DNA from: Azolla caroliniana
Taxonomy: Eukaryota; Plantae; Polypodiophyta
DNA length: 64,000 bases
Reading direction: 5' to 3'
Assembly: GCA_043228905.1 (NCBI GenBank)
Contig: JBHGNT010000012.1
Coordinates: forward strand, 6,200,001 to 6,264,000
Shown: in pieces, positions 52,196-62,772 of the stretch
Position numbering within the stretch: the first letter of the stretch is position 1
Layout: each line of letters starts with the position of its first letter
Program-made: the position numbers and the translations under genes
The notes under the pieces: model-generated
Seen by the model: the letters and a program-made list of their open reading frames with translations, nothing else
What the model was told of the DNA's origin: nothing
Databases searched by the model: none

Positions 52196-55100
52196 TTACA
52201 TAGCAATCAATTCATAAACATCATTTTCTTCATCATCTTGTGTAGAACTCTCTTCGGCTATACGTGCATTGGCTTCTCCTGTTAGCCGAGCCAACGAAAT
52301 ATCTTCTATAAGCTCATCATCAAGCTCTATTAGCTCCCCCAGTTCGCCGGCTAACGGAGGAATAGGCTCTCGTGAAGCAGGTTGAAACCTTTATGTATTA
52401 GCGAGGTTCTTTGCACCGACCTCCTCATCCTGGTCTGGGCACTCCCACAAAGCCTTAATCCGCATATTAATAAATATAACCTGGTCCTCGTCCTTCTCCA
52501 ATGCAACTGTATTTCTAAAGAGCTTCAATGCACATGCAGACGTCGTTCCTGTGATGTAAGTAACAAGAAGATTTAGTTGTCAAACAAAAAAGATTCGGGA
52601 TTGGTTATCTCAAGATCGTTACCCTAGTTCGAGGAATACCTGTGCCAGAAAAGAGATCTAATATCCAGTCTTCTTCGATAGAAAACATCTCGATCAAGCG
52701 CATCATAAGTCATTGAGGTTTTTGATACATGGGTTGACAAGTCCCCGTTCTGTCGTGGTGACATGTGACAATTTCCGTGTCACTACTGGATATACCAACA
52801 TATTTGAATCTCCCACTTCATTAGAATGCTCCTTGATTCTCTGTTTCTTAATTTCATCAAAGTCGCCAACCGTGATGTATTCAATGGCATTAACGAACCA
52901 AAAAGTTGGCCCTCTATTTACATTGGTCTTGATCCTATAAAAAATAATACATCGAGTTAAGAATAGATTGAACAACCTTAAGAAATGCAATATAGTGAAA
53001 GACACCTATAAATAATCCTTACCATGCAAGGTTCTCGATGCCATGGCAACGAGATCTCAAAGCTTGAGCTACTGAGTACCCTTGGTCCATACTATGAAAG
53101 ACAACTATTCGCCACAAGGATGTAGTCGTTAGCTCAATGAAATCCTTGACCATCTTCTCCAATTGTTTAAACCTAAACGGTTCATCGTCGTATGATGACC
53201 CAACCATTCGAAATCCGTAAGGAATATCCGCAATCATTAGCATATATTCCTTCTTTGGCAACTTTTGGATCAAGTCGACGACATCACCGCAAACCACATT
53301 GTAGTAAAGATCTCTCGTAATATCTTTTTTGTGGCTAAATTTTTTAAAGGAGCCATCTTCCTCCATTTCATATGCCTTGACTAAGCGACGATCCTTTTCT
53401 TTTTTGGCTCGCTCGAGATGTGCAAGGAAGGATGTAGGGAAATCGTGTATATCCTTAATTTCTCCTTGTTTCTTGCCTCATCACGGTTTCTAATAGAAGC
53501 AATAGGACATCAGGTATTATTATACAAGCTCTACATATGATGAAAGGGTAATGAAAAACCATCAATACTAACCCAATCCTTGAATGCAATAAAATACTCT
53601 GATAACGCCTTATATGAAGACGTTAGAGGTTAATCCTCGGTCACTTGTTCCCAAGTTATACATCCAAGTTGTTTCATCATAACTTCTTGGATCTTCATGT
53701 ACACCTTATGACTGTGAAATTAGAAAACGAGATTAGAACTTTCAATTGCACCATATAGACTACAATTTCAGTATTTGAAAGACTTACTTATTGAACTCAG
53801 TGACCATTTCTTCAAGGCTTAAATCTTTCGCCACAACCCTTGACAAAACAGACACAAGAAGTTGCTCGTCCTTAATACCCTGCATCACTCTCCACAGAGA
53901 CAGCTTCATGTCGTCTGCCGCTTCTTCAATTGTCAAGTCAATTTTCTTGGCGGCTTGTGACTTTAACTCTAGTTGAGGGTCAACCTTACATTTCTTTTGT
54001 CGTTGACCCTTTACCTCCTTATTCTCCCACATTGAGAAGATTTGATCTTGTAGGTCCCATACTTCTCCATCTCTAAACGCCAATTGAAACCAAGACTCAT
54101 ATTTTCGAAGACCATCGGACTTAACATTATAATCTACAACAGTGCCGATTTCATGCAAACATTGACGTCGTAGGCCTGGATGTAACTTCACACCAAACTT
54201 TTGTTTCACGTCCAAATACTCGTGGTGGAAGAACCGTATACGCTCAATGGATGACATTTTCTGCCTATAGTCATTATCATTATTATGGTCCCATGCCAAC
54301 AGCTTAGCCTCTTCGGTTGTGAGCCCAACATAAATTTTGCACTCGGCATACTTGAAGAAGAAAGTCATTGGATGTTCTCTCACAAGTTGCCGACGTGCCT
54401 CCGCTGAATGCGATCCACCAATGACAAAGTAATTATATTGATCATGCTTTCTAATATCAAAATCTTCAATTGTTTCACATTCTTCAGGATCTACCATAAC
54501 AATAAAAGGCACCATAGTGGCATGAGGATTAATTTTCATTTTTTTCTTGAGATTTTGAACATGCATGCGGTGTGGCTCTCTAATCTCAAGTGGTCGTCGA
54601 CCTGTTTTTTCATCAATAGGGGGCCGATGGATGTGTGTTATAGGCAAATTAAACACTTGCCCTTTCCTGACCAGTTTACGCTGCATTAACTCTCTCCTTA
54701 TCTTATTCTGCTCGGATGACAAAACACCCGATGCCAGCTCAGTTCCTGGCGTCCCCTTATTGTCCTCCTCTTCGTTTTCACTTGTTGAATCGGTGTCCGA
54801 CATTTTGGTTGTCTTCTTCTTTGGTGGTCTTGACTGGACTTTGGATACCCTTTTTGTGGCCTTCAATGGGGAGGGCACTTCATCTCTTAGAGTTACATGG
54901 CCTTGTATATAAGGCCTCAAGGTAACAATAAGGTTTTGTGAGCTTTCAAGATCTTTTTTGAACGCTTCTGGCCCACAAGATTCCTTTACTAAAAGATCTT
55001 CTGAAAGGAACACTTTACGTACCCCCTTGGAGGACTCTATCATTACCAGTATGTTGGCCGAATCTGCATCTTTGTAGTCAAATCGTAGAATACGGCCATA

Positions 55101-56410
55101 CATAAATGGGGTTTCCTTTCCAAGCCGCCCCTCCCCCTTCTTCTTTGTTGTATACAATACAACTTTTTTCTTTGAGTCGACATATTGCATACACCATTCC
55201 TTGTCCGTTAGATTATGGTCAGGAAGGTCTTCACCTCTAGTAGCGGCGACAAGTTTCTTTTGGCTAACATCAATATGTGGCTGAGATTTTGTCTCCTCGT
55301 TGAAGAGAAGCTTTTTTCCTCTCTTCATGGTCTCAGGAGCTACCTTGGTCTGGGCTTCGATTGGAGAACCCTGTATGCGAAGCTTTATTTTCTTCACGGG
55401 TCGACTGACAGGTTCTCAAATGACCTATTTAAGAAAGTATATGCAAAAACATAAGTTAGGTGGTCACGTAGATTAAGGTTGTATATTAAAATATAAATAT
55501 GAAGATGAAGAACAGTTCTCACTAGCAGGCAATTAGTGGTGAAGTGAAAATATCAATCATGCATTCAGAGTACATGGTACTAGAAAATATATATCGTAAT
55601 AAGTAAACAGGGTTATATATTCTTTTAAAGAGTAGGTATGACTTATATAGATTCCAAACCTATATTGAGGAGAATTTGCTATCGTAAAGGCAATTTGTGG
55701 ATCATTTTCTACTATTTTAAGCTATAGTAGGTCATAAAACACCTATAATTAGGGCATGTTTTTTTTTAAAAGTAAGGCAAGTCAACATAAAAAAGACTGA
55801 TTTTGACAGACAATTTGATATCTTTTCCACACAATAATTAATTGTTACCCCAAAAACACAATTTTTCTCTTTCAGAGCCTTCTTTTATACAGGAACTCGA
55901 TACGGCGTATCGAGTTCCTGTTTAAATCCTAAACTTTAAACGGGAACTCGATACGCCGTATTGAGTTCTTGTGCTTTCTTTGCTTTTTAAACAGGAACTC
56001 GATACGGCGTATCGAGTTCCCGTTTAAAACCTAAACTTTAAACACGAACTCGATACGCCGTATCGAGTTTGTGTTTAAAATCCAAACTTTAAACGGGAAC
56101 TTGATATGGCGTATCGAGTTCCTGTTTAAAGTTTAGGTTTTAAACGGGAACTCGATACGGCATATCGAGTTCGTGTTTAAAGTGTAGGTTTTAAACAGGA
56201 ACTCGATACGACGTATCGAGTTCTTGTTTAAAAAGCAAAAAAAAATTATGAACTCGATACGCCGTATCGAGTTCCTGTATAAAGTTTGTATTGTATACAG
56301 GAACTCGATACGGCGTATCGAGTTCTTGAGCGACGAAACATATTTACAAAAATGTCCACAGTGTCAGAGGCCTACCTGGAGTCCTCGTGCTCGATTCTCT
56401 TTGAAGACAT
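52196..56410 (-). pseudogene. ParB/Srx-like domain fused to a beta-class N6A/N4C DNA methyltransferase (multi-exon, degenerate)
   Basis: Exons 56410-56376 (tentative), 55424-53788, 53711-53573, 53489-53023, 52934-52640, 52548-52196, with GT-AG introns. ParB-like: HVQNLKKKM..PFIVMV..YFVIGGSHSAEA..AKLLAWDHN. MTase: VVCGDVVDLI..MIADIPYG, WIK, NP(fs)YQKPQ*LMMRLIEMFS..WILDLFSGTGTTSACALKLFRNTVALE. Several in-frame stops and a frameshift near 52730. Confidence 0.85.
55893..56325. repeat. Nine 25-bp palindromes at an exact 51-bp period
   Basis: GAACTCGATACG-N-CGTATCGAGTTC cores start at 55893, 55944, 55995, 56046, 56097, 56148, 56199, 56250 and 56301, with 26-bp A/T-tract spacers. Confidence 0.95.
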
Positions 56411-56526
56411 GGTTGATCGTGTGGCAGTGGAGGCGGAGATCGCGCTTTTGTGCTTTGTGCTCTATGTGCTCTATACGTTCTGTGTGCTCTGTACGCTCTT
56501 GTGAGTGAAATATGACGAAGTCTTCC

Positions 56527-57217
56527 TATTTATAGGGATTGACCACATTGGTTAAAGTAACCATAGTCACCTTAACCAAGGTTGGTAAGTTTGAGGATAG
56601 TTAGTTGGTAACCACAGTCACATTAACTAGAGTAACTTATGATTGCATTAATGATTACAAAGTCAAACAAACATATTGATCAATCTTTTATAGTCATAAC
56701 AACCTGCAATGACTTCAAAGGCCATGAAGGAGACAATGATAGAGATTCATGAATGTACCAAAGATTGATTACTAAAAGCAACAATTTTTATGACTCTCAA
56801 ATGCTGTGTGTTAAAGATGTGGGCATGAATTAACCAATGATTGATAAGTCTAATATTTAAAATGGTGAGCATTAAAGAACCAATGAGTGAGACGTTCTAT
56901 ATCAAAATGGGTGCCATTAATTAGCCAATGATTTTAACATTAATCCAACATATTCATGGCTTGTTAATGATTAGATTTATATTATACTTTATTTAACTTC
57001 ATATAGATGTAGTTTAAATAATAATTGATATTTTAAATACAATTAGTTTATTAAAAATAAATTTTTTATGTATTGTATTAATAGAATATTACATAATATA
57101 AACATTCTATTGATTTGGCTTTTGTTTAGAGAGAAGTTTATGTTTAGAGAGGAGCTTATTAGTTTTTTTCCTTACCCTAAGCACATAACTTACAGAGCCC
57201 TATCTAGACCTTAAGCC
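56527..57217. promoter_or_regulatory. Putative bidirectional promoter region
   Basis: TATAAATA on the minus strand at 56527-34, upstream of the MTase gene first exon. Three CCAATG boxes ~45 bp apart (~56835-56930) precede the transposase. Confidence 0.4.
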
Positions 57218-59998
57218 ATGAGTGAAGATTCACCGTTCTCGATTGAAGAATATTGTTTGTCATCAGACTCATCGTTTTCTACTGAAGAGTATTCTTTGTC
57301 GACAGAGTAACCATATTCGATTGAAGAATATTGTCTATCGACAGACTCACCATATTCGATCGAAGAATATTGTCTGAGCTCATCTACAGGGAATGTAAAT
57401 AATGACACATGTGAAGAGTTCTCTATTGAAGAATACGATATTAATAAAGATACGAAGAATGAAGGTAGTGGCCAGGAAACATTGAATAACATTGGCGATG
57501 GTCACAACAGAGAATTAGATTGTAACAAGGTTACACCAACCTCTCTATGTAGGAAGAGAAATCTGGGAGCCCTATGCATATTAGAAGAATCCCACGAAGA
57601 ATTCGTCTGGCTAGATTTAGCTTGGTGACATCAGATAAACAGATTGGATTTGATGTCAAAAAAATATGTTGTGCACGTGGTTGTATGTCTATGATTGGAA
57701 AACAAAGTTGCGAGAATTAAGGCGATACTATTTTTCGATGACCGGTGATGAGCAAGACACTTACCTCAGGTCACATATGCAACTAGTATCTGACAAATGT
57801 ACAGGGATCAAAGTATCATTCGAGTATTATATCTTCCATGCGCAACAGATATGTAGAGTTGCATTCAAAATTGCGTTATGTGTTAGTAACATGCGGCTAC
57901 ATAGAGTACAACAACGTCTACTAGCGGGGATCAGATGCTCAATTGTAAAGAGGTTCCAAGTATGAAAGGTGCAATTGGAAGACATGCTATTGGTTGGATG
58001 AAAACTTACTTTCAGTTAAATTGTGAAGTAATGCCCACTACAGGTAGGATGCACCTTTCTGATAATTATACACGTCGGGAAGTTTATGATGTCTATCGAT
58101 CTGATATGCTGGGCTCACGTAATAAGTCTATCACCTATAGCCAATTCACAAGATTATGGAGAGCTCGGTTTTCAAATGTTATTATTCCTCGTAAAGTACG
58201 TATGGGGTATTGCTCCATTTGTGCAAATCTTAAAAGTTTGGCTAAAGGTGCAAAGACATCAATGGAAAAGGATACGAGTAAGCAATTACTACAAGAGCAT
58301 CGTGAGGCACAATCCTTAGAACGAAAGAAGGCGATGCATCATAGAGAGAAGTGTTTGAAGAGGCCTGAACAATACATGTGCTTAATGATAGATGGCATGG
58401 ACCAGAAGAAGACGTGCTTGCCGCATATGCGGAGGCTCCCCAAAGATGTCAATGATGAGTGCCTTGTTCAAATGCACTTGGTGGGATGCTTGGCTTATAA
58501 TAGGTCTGTTCGACCTCACGTCTTCATTACTTACCCCAATGTTCACAATGACCCTAACCTAACAGTTACAGTCATTCACTGAGTTTTGATGTCTTGGGGC
58601 CAACCTTTCCCCCCTATTCTATACATTCAATTGGACAATACTGCTAGAGAGAACAAAAATTCAACTGTATTTGGCTATCTAAGTATGTTGGTCAACCAAG
58701 AATTGTTTAGGAAAGTGAAAGTCAATTTCCTTTTGGTTGGCCACACACATGACCATATAGATCAGATGTTTAGCACATTCTCCAGACAGTTGTCTCGGCA
58801 TGATGCTTTCACTTTACCTAAACTATTTGATGTCATTTGTGATGCATATACACCACGCCCAAAAGTGTTACACCTGAAGGAGGTATATGACTTGAAGAGA
58901 TATATATCAGATGGGGGTGGTGGGAATGTTAAAGTGCTTGCTCAGTTAAACAATATAAGTTTCAATCACATTGTTATGATAAAGAAAAATGGAATAAGTG
59001 GTTCTACACTTTTGTATGCTAAACAATATTCATCTTCTACAACATGGGAACTTGAAGGTGGTTGCCAATTATTACTTTGTATGCCGAGTACAATTGTCCA
59101 TGGAGCTAAGCAAATGCCAATGGAGAAGAAAGGACAGTTGCAGAGCGACTTGGTATCAGAACAAAAACGGCCATGGCTCCAAGCCTTAGAAGAAAAAAGA
59201 AAGCATATTGAGGCCGCCAAGAAATATGCCGCACAACAAGACACGTCATGGTGGGATGTATTTTATAGTGATCAGAAAGAAATTATAGACAATTGTGTAT
59301 CTGTTGATAATTGGAATTTGGAAACGCCATTCACATGGTCGATGCAACATGATCGCGTAAATAGAACTCCAGAGCAACTAGTAAATGCGATTAATGACAG
59401 CTTAGTCCATCCACAACAAAGAGACATTTATGTGGGACCAAGGATGACCAAAGCAGGCGAAGCTAGATGGCAAGGCAATTTGCAAGAGCTCATCGCGGGG
59501 ATGTTGATTGCAACGCCGGCTGATGAGAACTCACATGGCCACCAATTTTGGGTTGGTAAAATTCTAGAAGTGCTAATGCATGAAATAGAAAACACAATCA
59601 AGTCTATAAATGTTCATTGGTACAACACTAGAAGTGCAAATGCTTTTATAGGTAAGTATACATTGGAGATGATTGAATGCCCAACAAGAAGGGGAGATAG
59701 GAAGAGGAAGCGAAACATTCGTAACACCTCGACCCTTGATATCTCTGATGTGGATATCATCGTGTACGATTTCACACTTACAAAAGCCGGACGATTAAGG
59801 AAGTCAAAAATAGATATAATAAAAGAAAAATTACCAGGTCTACAAGGTGGCTCAAGTCAAAGGCAAATGAGATCTGCTACATATAATCTAGAGTCAAACC
59901 ATTTGGTTTATGACGAAGATAATGCACTGATTGGTACATCCGAGGATGATGAGGAGGAATCGTCATTGTATATTAGTTATAGTAGTGATTCTCCGTAA
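57218..59998 (+). pseudogene. Sola-like DDD transposase (degenerate)
   Basis: Motifs CSIC, MIDGMDQKK, IQLDNTARENKN and FLLVGHTHDHIDQMFS. Frameshift near 57935, TGA at 58580. N-terminal 4x39-bp repeat (57227-57382). Confidence 0.85.
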
Positions 59999-60646
59999 AG
60001 GAGTCATCATGAATGTATATTTGGCTATTAAGTGTAACTACGTTCCACTTGTAACAAATCGAGTAATATAAAAACATGTGTTTTGAATTCTTATGATTTC
60101 TAAAAAATCGTTTCTTATAAAATAACATTGGTTGTAAAGTTTGTGATATAAATTGAGAATGTATCTTTTTGAAATTCGTCTTTTTTTAGTTACTTCTAAA
60201 TCACGAAAATAGTGGATTTTTAACCTTTTTCATAGTATGTTTGAACATGTATGATACTGGTATCAATGTGTTTTGTAAAATCATTGAAAAAGCCCTAAAA
60301 TCAACCAAAATTTCCCTTATCCTTCCATTTATGCGCGATCCTTCCACTTGTGAACGCGAACGTGTTAATATGTACATACATACACACATACCTATATACA
60401 CATATAACACATACATACATACACATATACACACATAACACAATATGTACATACACACACATACACACACACACACACACAAACATAACACACAACACAC
60501 ATGCATACCACATACAAACATATATGATGTATGGAACATACATACACACACGAAAACATAACACACAACACACATGCATACCACATACAAACATATATGA
60601 TGTATGGAACATACATATACACACACAAACATACATACATATACAT

Positions 60647-62772
60647 GTTAAGTGGGATAGCTCAAATGATTTACTTTTGGGTTTTTGTGGGCTGAAGTCA
60701 TCCAATCATCAATGTGTCTCATCATGTATGATAAAGGTGGGTGACTCTAATGCTGGTTATGAAACCATTGTTAGCTCCTTTAAAGACTATGTGGTTGGAC
60801 ACTATGCTAGGGTGTTAATTGTGAATCCTCTTCACCCTAAACTTCCACGATTAGTATTGGTTGTACAATGTACATGTAATTGCTTTGATGCAGATTTTGT
60901 AAAATGCCAATGGAATGAAGTGGAAACTTTATGGGAAAAACACCTCTCCACAAGTATTGGGCCAATTGTTGGACATGCATCGGATGGAGGTAGTAGGAGA
61001 AGAAAGATTATGCTTCAAGATTACTTAACCTCAAGCATATGCTTAAGATATAAATTGCCTTGGGATAGTTGGATCTTCACAGGTCAAATGCATAATGATA
61101 TGGTAAGTTGTCTTCATGATCAAGATTTCATCCATAATGGAAAGAAACTTGTGAATGCACTAGATAATCCCTCAAGACAATTAGTAATTGGGGATGTATG
61201 GATCACATTGAATCACGTGTCTTTGGTATATAATAACTTCTCTATTGATGCACATGGCTTAAGGGAATGTGATATTACGAGAGAAGATAGACAAAATTGG
61301 GTTGGAGCTCAACGAATTGCAAGTAGAAATGTTACAAATTGTTTAAAGATGTTATACCAAGGTGGAGAAGGTGTCAAAGTAAGAGAAAGAGGCGCTTTGG
61401 GAACACATGTATACTTGCATATATTAGGTGACTATATTGATATTTTTCTATCCCCTCATGAGAGCTTATTCAAGCGTGTGGTACTTGCATCTAAAGTTGC
61501 ATTCTTCTTTCAAATATGGAGATTATGGATTCTAGATAATCCGATTTATAACTTAAAAAGTAATTTCATTAGTCGAGAAACATTTTTGGATGTACAAATA
61601 TCTTGTCACTTTGTAGTTTTACTTATAAAAATGTTTCGTGACTTTTATCCAGAACTAGAATGTCCATTGCATCTCACAGGGTCTGATGGAGCTGAGATAT
61701 TTTTTAGTAAAATAGGGGGAATGATTGGTATGGAGCGTGCGTTTGATATATCAAATGTTTTGCATTGTAGCGGAAATGTAAACAAGCTTGCCAAATTTGA
61801 GTGCATTGATAATGGATTGGTTTTTCCAAGAGCTCATAAGAAGCAAGAATCAATATGGTCTAAACTCAATTTCATGCATGAAAAGCCTCTTGCAAACTTA
61901 AAAGTCTACATTGATATCTCAAATGATGATCAACTTGTTTTTGCACTTAAAGAATGTTTAAAAGAAGCCCAAATTTTATGTGAGTCGTTAAATATGAAGC
62001 CTAAACACAATGGGCAATGGTGGAATTATCCCGAGATTGAGACAAAACAATTCTTGAGTTATATATATGGAGAGAAAGATGATGAAGAATGTGCTGAACA
62101 CAATAAAAACTTCACAATGCATGAATGTGTGGAGAATGATGATGAGATTGCAATAAGTGAAATTTGCCATGAATTGGATGCTATATTGGATGACAACAAT
62201 GTGAACTCTAATGTCTCTTCATTTGTTCAAGTGGATGATAAGATTATATTTAAATCGACACTTGTAAGTCATCTAAATGGTAATCCAACATTGTCAAAGG
62301 ATAGACTCACACGTGTAAGAGAAGGGGTCTTCTACTCATGTGAGAATGCAAATGATTTCCTAAATGGAAATGGGAACCTAATTGGGATTGGTTCAGATTG
62401 TGCTGTATTCTTTACTGAAGAAGATGTTAATTCAACAAGACCGAAAAGAAAAGGAATATCAAATAAAAATGTTGTTTGGTACTTAGGATGAGTACAAAGG
62501 ATGCAAAGAAAGATTGGAAATAAATTTGTGGAGTATAAGAGAGGAATTGACTTGATGGATAGACTTGACGATGTTCAATTACAACTTGGTTGGTATAGGA
62601 AGATTAAGGGGAGTAGATTATTTGCATATGATTTGACAGATATTAAAATGGTTGACTTTGAGTCAATGATTGGATTAGCGAACCTCACATATAATGCAAA
62701 ATGTGATAACTATCTGTTAGATGAAAGCGATTGTAAAGTTTTCAACGATTTTCTTTTGGAAATGAAATCCAG
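60647..62772 (+). pseudogene. P-element/THAP9-like transposase, N-terminally truncated
   Basis: LLGFC, GHASDG, DQDFIHNGKK (D(2)H-type motif), EDRQN, TGSDGAEIFFS. In-frame TGA at 62489. Splice donor after 62772. The 5' part is replaced by ACAT repeats. Confidence 0.65.

Larger units (their letters stand above)
51154..60366 (+). mobile_element. Sola-like DNA transposon carrying a ParB-methyltransferase cargo gene
   Basis: 36-bp TIRs AACACGTTCGCGTTCACAAGTGGAAGGAT(T/C)GCGCAT at 51154-89 and 60331-66 (1 mismatch). 4-bp TSD AATA (51150-53 and 60367-70). Two divergent genes. Confidence 0.9.

Noticed and set aside
52196-55424. Bacterial contamination as the source of the MTase
   Set aside because: The gene is split by GT-AG introns (one inside motif I) and sits within TIR/TSD-bounded nested plant TEs.
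55893-56325. CRISPR array (palindromic repeats with constant-length spacers)
   Set aside because: Spacers are related A/T-tract variants and reverse complements of each other, no cas genes are present, and the context is a eukaryotic transposon.
60350-60646. N-terminus of the 713-aa ORF
   Set aside because: It starts in the Sola TIR and runs through repeat filler; the real homology starts near 60647.
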